DNA of 64,000 nucleotides, from IMG/VR virus record IMGVR_UViG_3300027673_000001, positions 18,759-82,758 of that record; one strand, 5' to 3'. The notes below the pieces were generated by a model. The model saw only the letters and a list, made by a program, of their open reading frames with translations. It did no database searches and was not told the DNA's origin. Below are positions 43,721 to 54,325 of this stretch, piece by piece. This DNA is from a virus. Its lineage: Duplodnaviria > Heunggongvirae > Uroviricota > Caudoviricetes. Numbering within the stretch: position 1 is the first letter of the stretch; every line of letters starts with the position of its first letter. The position numbers were made by a program, and so were the translations under genes.

Positions 43721-46158
43721 GTTGCTAGTATAATCACTCTGTAGTTATCAAGAACAGGTACAATTGAGGGGTCCTGAGTTCTTAGAACTATCTTGATGTC
43801 ATATACGTCAAAGGGTGGTAGGTTGTCGATGCTGAACTCATAGTCCAGGTATTCGTTTTCCCTAACTGAAAGGTTTCTCTCCACAGGGCAGCTCATAAGT
43901 TTCCACTCTAGTTCCCTATGTGTTTGACCAGAGCCAGATAGAGAAGATCTGAAGTAGACTTCGAAGCTACATTCCCTTCTGGAATATGCGCTTACAAAGA
44001 CCCTAGCTCCCTTGGAAACACTAGCCAAAGTGACTGGTTTTGAGATGTACTTTGAAAGTGCAGAACCTCCGCTTGGTAGGAGTTCGGTGTTGAACTCAGA
44101 CATCTGTGCCTGAGCAGCAGCACCGCTTCCACCACCACCGATTAGTTGAACAAATGGGACTTCCCTGAATCCAGAACCTGGGGTGTTGACTGTGATCCCA
44201 GTCACTACACCGCCCGCAACAGTGGCGGTAGCTGTTGCGCCGCTACCCGAACCAGTAATGACCACAGTAGGAGCCGTAGAGTAACCAGATCCAGGATTCG
44301 TCACTAGAATGGATTGGATCGTGCCTGTTGAGTCCTGAGCCTCAATGGTCTCACCATCTTGGTTGTTGATAACGTAAGATACAGTCTCCAGAACTTGCTG
44401 TTCTCTAACGGCCACGAAAGGAGAGGTGTTTCTGTTTGTTGACGTCATCCTGATATTGATATCAGTTGCTGTCTGCCCAAACATTCTTTCTTCTTGGTTC
44501 TCTGGAGACACGATCCAGTTGTTGCCAGGAATCACGTTATTGGAGTTTAGCCTAATGTTTGACTCCTGTCCTATTTGGTAACCAGTACTTGTAGGTCTCA
44601 GAGTGGCTGTCAACTCAGTGTCTGGAAGAACACCAGCTGGAATGATTGGTGTAAAGATGTGGGCTAGTCTGTTAGTACCCACAACAAAAATCGCTTCAAC
44701 GATTGCAGTCAGCTGAGCACCGCTTCCGCCGCCGCCTAGGACCGTAACAGAAGGAGCGCTGATGTAACCTGTTCCGGGGTTAGTGACGTTAATGGAAGTG
44801 ATTACGCCCCCAGTTAGAACAGCAGTAGCTGTGGCACCAACGCCGCCGCCGCCAGAGATAACGATTGTAGGCGCAGATGTATAACCAAAACCTCCGTTGT
44901 CGACTTCAATACTCATTACCGTATTTGTCGAAGCCAAAGTACCTGTAGAAGTCGCAGGAGACAATGCCGAGAACGTAAGAGTATATGGGCTTAGAACAGA
45001 GGTGACTGTGAACTCACCATCAAGACTGGCTGCTGGGATACCCCTGTAAGTTTTACCCGGGAAAGAACCCAGTTTCAACACAGAGCCTACTTCTAGTTGG
45101 TGCTGGTGGTTGAAAGTAACCGTTACGTTTGTGGAACCACTTTCGACGGAGAATTGATCACCGAGAACTAGAATGTCAGATGAGTTTACGGAATAGTTTA
45201 GGTTACCAACCACATTAGTGTCAAACCTTGCTTTCCAGATTCTAAACTTGATATCCTCTGTTTGCTCAGCCGTCCAAGTTACGTTGTTCTCTGATTTGAA
45301 CAAGGAACCGATGAATGGCTGTTCAAATATGGTCTGACCCGTTTCCCTAGAAACTTCGCCTAGCTTTGAAGTCCAAACTTGGTAGCTATTTGAGTTTGCT
45401 GCCAGAACAAAGCAGTAATCCTTGTCTTGTTCAAGATACACTGGCGTATCAAACACAAAGGATGTTGGAACAGATGCATTGTTTGACACGTTAACCTGGG
45501 AAGGATTTAGAGTAGCTTTTGCATACCTATTCACTAGAGTTCTAGCAGGCAAACCTGTTTGAAGTTCTCTAATGTCCAGAGTGACAGGCACTGCATTGTC
45601 CTTACTTTGGAACCAGATATCGATCTTGGTAATGAAGCAACCACCAGTAACACCAAAGGTGAAGAATGATTGCGCCAGGGGGTCACCAGGTGGGGGTGGT
45701 CTGGTGTTTAGGATGTTTGTTGTTATTGTTGTTGTGTTGATGGTAGTAAGAGTTTCTTGGAAAGTTCTCTTAATACCCTCAGTTTCAAAGTCTGCATCTG
45801 CCCCGGAGGTTGTGCTTCCAGGTATAGTCCCTGTAAGTTGGAAAGATGGTGTGTCCTGAACCTTTAGGTTTCTAATACCTGTGTTGAATGTTGCGGGTGG
45901 GCAATGGAAAACAAACCTAGCCTCGCCTTGGGCGTTTGTAATGATTGGTCCGCCCTTAACCCCTCCCTGGGGTGTGACAAACTGAGCAATAGATCTACCA
46001 TCAAAGAAAGCATAGAGCCTTGTTGACGGTCTGGCATTCGTCACTGTTACAGATATGTCTATAGCCCTCATAAAGGCTATAGACGAAACACCCACCAGAT
46101 CAGTTCTACTAATCTGTCTGGTGCTTTGGTTTGTGACTATGTAGGTACCTTCAGACAT
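43717..46158 (-). CDS. large virion structural protein, C-terminal half of a DUF4815/VrlC-type protein
   Basis: FMRAIDI...[40 protein letters not shown]...EDIKF; four GSGY-type modules. Confidence 0.82.
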   Translation of the reverse strand: MSEGTYIVTNQSTRQISRTDLVGVSSIAFMRAIDISVTVTNARPSTRLYAFFDGRSIAQFVTPQGGVKGGPIITNAQGEARFVFHCPPATFNTGIRNLKVQDTPSFQLTGTIPGSTTSGADADFETEGIKRTFQETLTTINTTTITTNILNTRPPPPGDPLAQSFFTFGVTGGCFITKIDIWFQSKDNAVPVTLDIRELQTGLPARTLVNRYAKATLNPSQVNVSNNASVPTSFVFDTPVYLEQDKDYCFVLAANSNSYQVWTSKLGEVSRETGQTIFEQPFIGSLFKSENNVTWTAEQTEDIKFRIWKARFDTNVVGNLNYSVNSSDILVLGDQFSVESGSTNVTVTFNHQHQLEVGSVLKLGSFPGKTYRGIPAASLDGEFTVTSVLSPYTLTFSALSPATSTGTLASTNTVMSIEVDNGGFGYTSAPTIVISGGGGVGATATAVLTGGVITSINVTNPGTGYISAPSVTVLGGGGSGAQLTAIVEAIFVVGTNRLAHIFTPIIPAGVLPDTELTATLRPTSTGYQIGQESNIRLNSNNVIPGNNWIVSPENQEERMFGQTATDINIRMTSTNRNTSPFVAVREQQVLETVSYVINNQDGETIEAQDSTGTIQSILVTNPGSGYSTAPTVVITGSGSGATATATVAGGVVTGITVNTPGSGFREVPFVQLIGGGGSGAAAQAQMSEFNTELLPSGGSALSKYISKPVTLASVSKGARVFVSAYSRRECSFEVYFRSSLSGSGQTHRELEWKLMSCPVERNLSVRENEYLDYEFSIDNLPPFDVYDIKIVLRTQDPSIVPVLDNYRVIILAT

Positions 46159-49100
46159 TCTTATCTCCGTTTTGGGTATTTATGCCTGTGTCTTGGAATG
46201 ACTTCATAACTCTAATCAACAAGTAAAGCCCCGTGAATACCACAATGCAACCAAGACCAGCAAGTCTTCCTGCTTTGGCTTTAATCTTAGCCTTTGCGAA
46301 GCGACCAACCACAGAGGAAACAAACTTACCTATCTTCATAAGTTTGGCGCCAATCTTGTTGTCAATGTCTCTCTTACCCATAACGTAAGCCATATGCTCT
46401 GCCCATGGGGTGGCAATCTCATAGGCCCAGCTAGTTGCCCAGTTCTTAGTTCTGGCTTTCTTTTCCTCTGCATCTTTAATCCAGAAGAACATATCAGGAC
46501 CTTCGCCCCTCATCCAGTCAACTACTATCTCGGCCCAAGCATGGTAGCCCTTCATTACTAGGGGTTCTTTTTCTGCTAATAAAGCACCAAATGCCTGGTC
46601 AGCTTCAAACGTAGTTAGATCCATCAGGCCTTTGGCAAAGAGTTCTGTGCAGATGATCTTGCCTCCGCCACCGCCGCCGCCGCCTCCCCCGTCACCGGAA
46701 TCGCCTCCAGGACCACCAGTACCGCCATCCCAAACGTCATTGATCCTGGCAATAGGTCTTGGAGGAGCAATGAACTGGGCGTTTGAACCGGCTGGAGGCG
46801 CCCAGTTCCATGGGCGACGCACAGTAGCCGAAACTGATTCGTTGGTTGTGTTGAACACTCTTGGTAGGTACTCAACTTCAACCCAGTTATCGAAACTAGG
46901 CGTGAGATTCATATCACCGGACCAAACATATACCGCGAATGGGTTTACGTTCGTAACTCTGCTTGACAGGGGTTGTTCAGCAAAAACCACTTCGGTGTAG
47001 GGTAGAGTAGCTATGTCTCCAGTGATTCTGAAGTTGTTTGAAGACGCCGTCCTGACCATAGTGGATTGGGCAACGTCTGTCCTAGGAATGATCTTACCGT
47101 CAGCATAGGTTACGGTGAACTCTTCGCTGTAGATGTCACTGACTTGGTCTGGATTGAGGAAAGTGTCAACAAGGTATCCACTCTTGAAGCGGGTCAGTCC
47201 TGTCGCAGAATCAACAATCTCAAAGTTTACTAGATTGTTTTCTGTTTGGGACAACAAACTAAACTGCTCAAGATTGAAGAGTCGGTCCTCAATTTTACCA
47301 ACGTCTGACATAGTGTAGACGCGGTTCTTTGCTTTGGTAACGCTGATATCGTTAAGAGTTTCTGTGTATGCCTCAACCCTTATAGTAGCCAGAGGCATGG
47401 TTGTCTCTGGAACAACAGGTACTCTTGGCGTATCCGCTGGCTCGCCAGTAACGACGCCGATTCTTCCGTCCTTTGCCACAAAGACAGAGTCTATTCTTGG
47501 GACAAAGTACTGAAGTGAAGTCACGATTCTCGAGTTGAACTGTACCAAGTCTATAGTCCTGGCAGTAGCTACAGAGAACGAACCTGTGTCGCCAATCCTA
47601 GGACGGAAGTCCAGGCAGTTCTTCAGATCATATTCGACACCAGAAGACCTTGAACGATATGTGGGTATTTGAGTCAGATAATCAACGCCTAGAGTTCCTT
47701 CATACGAATCCGCGGAGAAGTAGTCCCCGGATATGTCGTGCTCAAAGTAGTCAAACGTTATGGATACTGCGCCTGCAGGTGCAGCACCTGCGTTAGTGAT
47801 GGAACCAAGAAGGTATGCGTAATCTCTCTGGCCGTTATCCAAACGATATCTTGAAGTAATATCGCCCGTGCCGTCGATAACAGAAACAAGTCTGAAGATG
47901 TCTGCCTTGCCGAGCGATATGGTAGTGGTTGGACTACCAACGTTCAACGTGGTCCTAACTAGAGTTTTGTTCTTTCCTGCCAACCCTTGCTTTGTGACAG
48001 AACAAATCACCGTAAGAGTAGTGGACACTGGACCACCAGTGATTGTTAATTCTGTTCCTGCGGGGTTCAGGGACGCCACGGAAGGAGAAACAACACCAGA
48101 CGCCCCAACGATGAGGATATTACCAGCTTCGATAGGATCGATGGTTTGACCAGACACAGTAACGGAACCATTACCAGAACCGTTAGTAGCAACAACAAGT
48201 TCCCTATATGACTTGTATGTAATGTCTGGGATGTTTAGGGCGTTTCTAACTCTTCTGGTAGAGTCCACAGGAAGTCTAATGATAGAAGCGCTATCTTCGT
48301 TAGTTACGGAGAATACCTTATCGGTGATTGTTCCATTGGCGTTGCTTGTTGCGCCAATGATAGTATCACCTAGCCTAGGAGTTGCGAGGGTATGCGTACC
48401 CTTGTAGACAAACAGAGTAGAAGTGCTTCTAGTCCATCTATGAACGATGGCTCTCCTAACGTTGCTATTGAAGTTTACAGTTTCGCCAACTTGAAAGTCA
48501 ACCACAGTCCCAGGGACAGTCAGTCTCTGAAGGACTCTCATACTTCCTCCAGAGAATCTAACTCCACCAACGTCCTCTAAAGAAGCGCCGGGGTTGAGTG
48601 TTAGGTTGGAGAAGAATAGTTGGTAAACAGCAGCCTGGGAAGCTGGGTCCCCCTCTTGGTAGTCAATGGCGATTACCCTAGCGGATCCTACTTGAGTGGC
48701 AGCACCGTTCGCTGGGTTGGCATCGTTCCAGAGTGTAACTTCTGTTTGCCTTGCGATTGAAGGGAAGCCAAGAAGGTTTGATACAAACAAGTATTGACCA
48801 TACTTAGGCTGAAGGGAAACGTTACTTCTTGTCTTGATGTGGTTTGCTACTCTACCCTTATCGAGTATGAGATCAGTAAAACCTGGCTTCTCAACTTCAA
48901 AACCCTGAATGTAAGCCTTACCTTCTGAAACCCTAGCGACAAACTTGTCTCTGTTTCCTACAGGTGCTGGAAACACCCCGTTGTTTAGGTCAAGTTTAAG
49001 GTGTTCCTTAATGTCAATCTCGAGTCCGTTTACCACATAGTTGCCAGACTCATCGAAAGTTCTTCTGGCTATGCTCTTTTCTAGCTCGTTGTACTTGGGG

Positions 49101-49897
49101 TACCTGGAGTGTTCTTCTAGGTTGCCCTCATTGTATCTCATGATCTCAATGTAATCATCAGTCAGCTCTTCTGAGAGCGGTAGAGATTCGAGAATGAGTT
49201 GAATTCTATGTCTGTCTGCGCCAGGAGCGGCAAAGTTGAAGCTGCCCTGAGCTGGATCAAGGAGAGTCAAATCCTCATCTGCCGTGATAATGTCTTCCTG
49301 AATCCTAAAAACAACTCTAGCTGATGGGGAACTGTCATACTTGTCGATTATAACAGACTGGGGTAGAACAGTAACAAAAGTACCTCGGCAGTAGAACACC
49401 CCACGGTTCACGAACGCCATGGAACCAGTGCCTGTTGGGTCAGTAGTCTGTACCGTAAGAAGAATGTTAGTACCTTCTACCTGAAGAACTTCATCTGGCT
49501 GAAATTCTCTTTCACCATTGTTACCGCCTCTAAGGTAGCTTAGGTAAAAAGTGAGGGGATCAGTAGTAGTTTGAGCTGCAATCTTTCTTACTATGGCTCT
49601 GATGCCCGTAAGAGTGCCCAAAACAATAGAACCTTCAACTTCTTCTAGGTTTTGCGTGGTAGGTTGCAGTTTGACATATGAGGAAGCAAGGTCTGCAAAG
49701 CTGTTACCTGGGATTACAACAGACCCATGCTTAAAGACATGATCGCCAAACTTCTTGATTTGGTCCTGCAGTATGGATTGAAGCTGGGTTAGTTCCCTTG
49801 CTTGTACTGGCAGAGTTGGCTTGAAGAGGATTTTGTGGAAGTTGTTATCTTCGTTAAAATCATCGTAGTATGGGTCAAATGGGAATTGTGAAGCCAT
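46151..49897 (-). CDS. large virion structural protein (DUF4815 N-terminus) ending in a Gly-rich/KIICT/TM domain
   Basis: PYYDDF...[21 protein letters not shown] start; ETFDESGNY-like motif; VNPFAV; C-terminal [10 protein letters not shown]...GYHAWA. Confidence 0.85.
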   Translation of the reverse strand: MASQFPFDPYYDDFNEDNNFHKILFKPTLPVQARELTQLQSILQDQIKKFGDHVFKHGSVVIPGNSFADLASSYVKLQPTTQNLEEVEGSIVLGTLTGIRAIVRKIAAQTTTDPLTFYLSYLRGGNNGEREFQPDEVLQVEGTNILLTVQTTDPTGTGSMAFVNRGVFYCRGTFVTVLPQSVIIDKYDSSPSARVVFRIQEDIITADEDLTLLDPAQGSFNFAAPGADRHRIQLILESLPLSEELTDDYIEIMRYNEGNLEEHSRYPKYNELEKSIARRTFDESGNYVVNGLEIDIKEHLKLDLNNGVFPAPVGNRDKFVARVSEGKAYIQGFEVEKPGFTDLILDKGRVANHIKTRSNVSLQPKYGQYLFVSNLLGFPSIARQTEVTLWNDANPANGAATQVGSARVIAIDYQEGDPASQAAVYQLFFSNLTLNPGASLEDVGGVRFSGGSMRVLQRLTVPGTVVDFQVGETVNFNSNVRRAIVHRWTRSTSTLFVYKGTHTLATPRLGDTIIGATSNANGTITDKVFSVTNEDSASIIRLPVDSTRRVRNALNIPDITYKSYRELVVATNGSGNGSVTVSGQTIDPIEAGNILIVGASGVVSPSVASLNPAGTELTITGGPVSTTLTVICSVTKQGLAGKNKTLVRTTLNVGSPTTTISLGKADIFRLVSVIDGTGDITSRYRLDNGQRDYAYLLGSITNAGAAPAGAVSITFDYFEHDISGDYFSADSYEGTLGVDYLTQIPTYRSRSSGVEYDLKNCLDFRPRIGDTGSFSVATARTIDLVQFNSRIVTSLQYFVPRIDSVFVAKDGRIGVVTGEPADTPRVPVVPETTMPLATIRVEAYTETLNDISVTKAKNRVYTMSDVGKIEDRLFNLEQFSLLSQTENNLVNFEIVDSATGLTRFKSGYLVDTFLNPDQVSDIYSEEFTVTYADGKIIPRTDVAQSTMVRTASSNNFRITGDIATLPYTEVVFAEQPLSSRVTNVNPFAVYVWSGDMNLTPSFDNWVEVEYLPRVFNTTNESVSATVRRPWNWAPPAGSNAQFIAPPRPIARINDVWDGGTGGPGGDSGDGGGGGGGGGGKIICTELFAKGLMDLTTFEADQAFGALLAEKEPLVMKGYHAWAEIVVDWMRGEGPDMFFWIKDAEEKKARTKNWATSWAYEIATPWAEHMAYVMGKRDIDNKIGAKLMKIGKFVSSVVGRFAKAKIKAKAGRLAGLGCIVVFTGLYLLIRVMKSFQDTGINTQNGDKNV
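46177..46184 (-). promoter_or_regulatory. late promoter variant CATAAATA for the 813-aa gene
   Basis: Inside the 3' end of the 1248-aa gene; SD GGAG precedes ATG 46158. Confidence 0.6.
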
Positions 49898-49911
49898 TCT
49901 TGTTTACCTAA

Positions 49912-52011
49912 TCAGAATGTTATGAAGGTCTTTATTGTTATGCTCTGTTCTTCGTTGAACTCAAACGGCGGGTCAGACGAAACATACAACAACCTGCCTG
50001 AGTATTTATCCATGTCAAAAGAAGTTCTGGCTTCTGTGGTTATCATCTGTATAGAAGAGTTGTCTATCCTAGTCAGGATACCTAGAGGTATGACTGTATC
50101 TCTATCCAAGGGAAGCAGGGATACAGTATCAATCGTAAAGTCAACCACTCTATATTTGTTGTTCTCAAAGACAAATATTTGGTCCTTGGATAGGAACGTA
50201 GTATCCTGAGCTCTCATGGTATATGTCAGCAAGGAGCTAAGGGAGTTGTATCTTGAACCAGTGAAAATGTTCGTTGGGTTCTTGATGATACCAAAAAGTC
50301 TATAGTCCTGAACAACCTGCTGGGCACTGATGTCGCCTCTTAGGGGAGTGTTTATTACTACAGTGGTACATAGAAGCTCAGATGGAGCGTCCTTACCGTG
50401 CCCACCCACTGGGGGAAGTATGGGATATGCCCTGGCTCTACTTTCCTCAAGTATCTCTTCGTCTGGTCTAGTAGGGTCAATGATAACGATTTCTGCGCTA
50501 GTATAGTCCCTACCAAAGTCTATGACGTTGATTCTCTTAATCTGCCCAAAGACAATCACAGGAGACACTCTAGCCCCAGTGCCGTTACCTCTAACCTCTA
50601 CGGTTGTGCTAGCGGAATACCCAGACCCACCATTTGTAACTTCCACGGCATAGATTGCGCCAGGTATAGCAGTTTGCTCAACAACAGCTTGTCTGCTTTC
50701 AAAGTCAGAGGGAGTGATAACCCCCCTGAGAATTGCTCCAGAGCCAAAGGTAGAGTTTACCGTCAAAATGCTGTTGGTGTAACCAGACCCCGGGTTTTCA
50801 ACGATAACGTCGATGATCTTTTCTTCGTATATTAGGGGACTAAATTGAGCACCTGTTCCATCACCCTGAACAGTTATGGTTGTATCAGTATCTACTGGAT
50901 ATCCAATACCAGGGTCTATGATGTTGGCAAATTTGAGCTCACCACCAAACGCAATGCCCTGCAGAAGAGCCGTTGGGTTACCATAAGCTCCCGCACCCTG
51001 ACCAGTTGACGTAACTACTTCGAGAGTGGGGTTCGCAGAATACCCCACGCCTGGGTCTATGATTCTCGCTTCGAGAATAGAACCATCTATCCTAGAAATG
51101 ACAGGTATAACAATGGCTCCACCCAATACAAAGTTCACGGTGTCTGAGTTATCATAACCAATACCACCGTCTTGAATAGTGATGCCCGTAATCTCACCCG
51201 CCACGTTGGTCACAGCAGACAGTATAGCACCGGCGCCTGTCAGGGAATCAACAGCAACCCTAACACCATTGGTGTAACCAGATCCAGGGTTGACAATAGT
51301 AGCTCCGGTTATTGTACCAACCACGTTGGTGATTAGAGTAGCTACAGCGCCAGAGCCCGTTGTAGGTCCAGATACGTTGATGAAGGTAAGCTGAGCATCC
51401 AAGTAACCAGATCCTTCATTAACAACCGCCACGGAGTCAATGGAGCCATTGTTGTAGAATGTTTCGCTGATTGCTCTCTTAACTGGCATGAATTCAGGAG
51501 AGCTAAACCTAGACCTAAAATATGGAGTTACGGTATAGAGATACTTCCAAACATAACCATCTATGGTGGTGAAAGGATAGAGACTCACAATGTTTGGTTC
51601 TTCGAAGGAAGCGTTTGGTGTTTCACCAAACAAGCTACCGTTGTCAAGACACTTGTAAACATGGTTGTCAGAGGATATGACATAGAAGTTCTTATCTGTC
51701 ATATCGAGAGTATTGTCCCACTTGTCATAGACAGTGTTCTCTGTCCAGACAATTCTTCTAACGGCAAAAGAGATGTCGTTCGGCGAAATCTGTTTCGCAA
51801 AAAGAATCTCGGATCTTATACGTCTGTCTGCCTCAGCCGATACATCAGCTTCAATAGCTGGTGGTTGATCCAAAGATCCTTCGCCACCAACTCCTGTCCA
51901 TGGTTGAGTACCACCTAGGAAGTAGTAGTATTTGGATCTCTGGAATTGCAGGTCATCAAGAAAGAGTTTGGCTAGGTCGCCACCAAACTCCCGACGTATG
52001 GAAATTGCCAT
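49912..52011 (-). CDS. gp8: baseplate wedge subunit (gp8-like) expanded by GSGY modules
   Basis: RRIVWTENTVYDKWD, FYVISSDNHVYKCLDN, DGYVWKYLY, PPVGGHGKD, DYRLFGIIKNP. Confidence 0.85.
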   Translation of the reverse strand: MAISIRREFGGDLAKLFLDDLQFQRSKYYYFLGGTQPWTGVGGEGSLDQPPAIEADVSAEADRRIRSEILFAKQISPNDISFAVRRIVWTENTVYDKWDNTLDMTDKNFYVISSDNHVYKCLDNGSLFGETPNASFEEPNIVSLYPFTTIDGYVWKYLYTVTPYFRSRFSSPEFMPVKRAISETFYNNGSIDSVAVVNEGSGYLDAQLTFINVSGPTTGSGAVATLITNVVGTITGATIVNPGSGYTNGVRVAVDSLTGAGAILSAVTNVAGEITGITIQDGGIGYDNSDTVNFVLGGAIVIPVISRIDGSILEARIIDPGVGYSANPTLEVVTSTGQGAGAYGNPTALLQGIAFGGELKFANIIDPGIGYPVDTDTTITVQGDGTGAQFSPLIYEEKIIDVIVENPGSGYTNSILTVNSTFGSGAILRGVITPSDFESRQAVVEQTAIPGAIYAVEVTNGGSGYSASTTVEVRGNGTGARVSPVIVFGQIKRINVIDFGRDYTSAEIVIIDPTRPDEEILEESRARAYPILPPVGGHGKDAPSELLCTTVVINTPLRGDISAQQVVQDYRLFGIIKNPTNIFTGSRYNSLSSLLTYTMRAQDTTFLSKDQIFVFENNKYRVVDFTIDTVSLLPLDRDTVIPLGILTRIDNSSIQMITTEARTSFDMDKYSGRLLYVSSDPPFEFNEEQSITIKTFITF

Positions 52012-52012
52012 T

Positions 52013-52465
52013 TTAGTTTACAGTCACGTTCCAGTTGATGGTCAGGGTGTCTGCTGCTGCTTTGTTGATGACAGCAAAAGTTGTGCGGCAAAGCATAGTG
52101 CCAGCTGAAGCGTTGTTGAAAATACCAGCTTCAGTAACTGCACCTGTGCCTACGCCTGGGTTAAAGGTGGATGTGTAGGTCACTACGTTACCAGCCGGTG
52201 TTCCTCCTGCTACAGCAAGGGCAACACGGTCAAGTTCAGTACCTAGAGCCGTGTTTGCTGCGTTGGGCGCAACTGCTCCAGAACCAACTGCCATATGACT
52301 CATAACGGCCGTACCGTTACCCGCCATGCGAGACGCGATGTAGTTCTTACCAACAGTAACAACTAGGTTTTGAGCGCGCTGCTCTTTAACGTTACCAAAC
52401 TCATCCTTGAGGATAAGCTCTAGAACGCCTGTCATTTTTATGTTTTGGTCTTCAAATTCTTTCAT
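52013..52465 (-). CDS. conserved baseplate-region protein
   Basis: NLVVTVGKNYIASRM, MAVGSG, GTGAVTEAGIFN, INKAAADTLTINWNVT. Confidence 0.78.
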   Translation of the reverse strand: MKEFEDQNIKMTGVLELILKDEFGNVKEQRAQNLVVTVGKNYIASRMAGNGTAVMSHMAVGSGAVAPNAANTALGTELDRVALAVAGGTPAGNVVTYTSTFNPGVGTGAVTEAGIFNNASAGTMLCRTTFAVINKAAADTLTINWNVTVN

Positions 52466-52468
52466 ATC

Positions 52469-54325
52469 TTACCCCAATCTAAGGAATTGTTCTGTGGTGT
52501 TATAGCTGGTTTCCCAATAATTACCATCAGAGTAGTTGAGCAGCTCGAAGTCTTCACCTGAATCTGCTAAGGAAATTGTTTCACTGGATACCTTATTTAT
52601 GTCAGGCAAAAAGGTATCCTCAGGAAGAAAGTCATCTAAGGTAGGTCTAGTTACAACCTTTGCCTCATTCTCAGGTACATCAACGGTGGATGTGTTTACC
52701 TTTGTGAACTGCTTACTTGTTATGGTAGCAGATGCAATCAACTCTTCTTCTTTGAGTGGCTGAGGGTGTTTTGCTACCGTATCTGTTGCTGTTACGGTTC
52801 TGTTTTCTGTTCCCCTTGTGACGTGTTTGGCGTCGGGGTCTGTAATGATCTGCAGAGTGCTGAGAACCTTTATCATGTCCATGATTGGCTTCAGCGTTAT
52901 GACCTGAGCTCTAGATGTCCTGAAGAAATCGTCCTTGATGATTGTTCTTCCAATCTCTCTGTCGCCAACAGTAATGATTGCTATCTTAGTGAGATCACCG
53001 AAGAACTTTAGACCCGCAGGGTGTATCATGTTCAGGGCATTTCTGTATTCAGAAATACCTACGCTAGTCTCAATGACATAGGAGAATAGTTGGTAGAAGT
53101 AGTTGTCCTGTAGTCTAACTTCTGGAGACGACAGTTGACCTTCAACACCTTGGAAGAATCCAGGGTACCTAACTTCCGGCTCAAAGACATACCTAAAGGT
53201 AGTCTGGGATTCCAGCCATTCGTCGATTGTGAGGGTCTCATCAACCAAAACGCCACCGCCTGCCGACAGTGTGGGTGCTGTTATCTGGGACACTTCTATC
53301 TGAGAAGACCAACCTTGCTCGGCGTAGTTTGCGTGGTAGGAGTTATTGTCTAGAATGTCTGACTCTATTAGGATTTCTTCCCCGAGAGGATCTGTGCTAT
53401 CCTGAATGTTTAGAGTGTAGGTATAAGTGAACTGCTCAGTAAAGGGGTTGAAGTCCGTGATAACTGATTGGATATCAAAGACAGACCCAACTGGCTTGTT
53501 TGGGAAAGGAGATATGGTGTCTAGCTGGTTTTCGATATGCCCTAGGCCATACTCCACTATCCTAGTCTTGAGTACTTCACCATCAGGACCTGTTGCAGTA
53601 ACCATAGCCAAAGTAGGCAACACAGAACCTGGGATAGTGAACACCTGACCTACTTTCCAGAACTTACCCGGTGAGATAATCTCAAGCCTCGACGGGGTCC
53701 TTGTCAAGACACCACGATATAGAAGCGTGCCTTCGTCATCGTTTATGTCGATGGTTTGGTCGTCGTCAAAAGGTACTTGCCTAAAGCTCTTGAAGAAGAA
53801 CTGGTACTTGTTTGCTTCAACTCTCACTATCCTATCTGTAGTTATGAAGAACGTGCCGCTCTCATTCGCTATTCTTAGGGTGACTTCATTCTTATCATCT
53901 AGGGTATAGTTGGTATCTAGGAATCTAGTGTCTAGAGTAATGGAGTTTTCCTGGACCCACCTACCGTCCGACGCTCTAAGAATTGCAGTGTTGGGTTGAT
54001 AAACTACAATGGACTCATTAAAGAATATCCTGAACAATAGCTCAATTGCGTTTACTGTTCCCTTGGCGTCATAGATTTTTCTGATTAACTTAATGAGCCT
54101 TCTATCGTCGACTTTTGCCTTGGGGAACTTACCCGCAAACTCGTCCTTAAGGAACTTGACCAGGTTATCCGCAGAAAGATCAGGGTCTCTAAGAGTTGTC
54201 ACTTCGAGGTTGTACTGTTCGAGGAACTGGTAGTATGACTCCAGAAACTCGATAAACCTTGGGTAATCAGCCTTTACAAACTCCGGAACTTGCCCCGGTA
54301 CTAGACCTCTAGTGAACGTTTCCAT
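52469..54325 (-). CDS. gp7: baseplate wedge initiator (gp7-like)
   Basis: VPEFVKADYPRFIEFLESYY, YDAKGT...LFRIFF, LRASDGRW, LQDNYFYQLFSYVI, HPAGLKFFG; between gp6 and gp8. Confidence 0.82.
   Translation of the reverse strand: METFTRGLVPGQVPEFVKADYPRFIEFLESYYQFLEQYNLEVTTLRDPDLSADNLVKFLKDEFAGKFPKAKVDDRRLIKLIRKIYDAKGTVNAIELLFRIFFNESIVVYQPNTAILRASDGRWVQENSITLDTRFLDTNYTLDDKNEVTLRIANESGTFFITTDRIVRVEANKYQFFFKSFRQVPFDDDQTIDINDDEGTLLYRGVLTRTPSRLEIISPGKFWKVGQVFTIPGSVLPTLAMVTATGPDGEVLKTRIVEYGLGHIENQLDTISPFPNKPVGSVFDIQSVITDFNPFTEQFTYTYTLNIQDSTDPLGEEILIESDILDNNSYHANYAEQGWSSQIEVSQITAPTLSAGGGVLVDETLTIDEWLESQTTFRYVFEPEVRYPGFFQGVEGQLSSPEVRLQDNYFYQLFSYVIETSVGISEYRNALNMIHPAGLKFFGDLTKIAIITVGDREIGRTIIKDDFFRTSRAQVITLKPIMDMIKVLSTLQIITDPDAKHVTRGTENRTVTATDTVAKHPQPLKEEELIASATITSKQFTKVNTSTVDVPENEAKVVTRPTLDDFLPEDTFLPDINKVSSETISLADSGEDFELLNYSDGNYWETSYNTTEQFLRLG

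Noticed and set aside
46661-46730. Poly-Gly-coding GCC/CCG run as a phase-variable microsatellite
   Set aside because: Trinucleotide, mixed-codon and in frame, so slippage would change linker length only.
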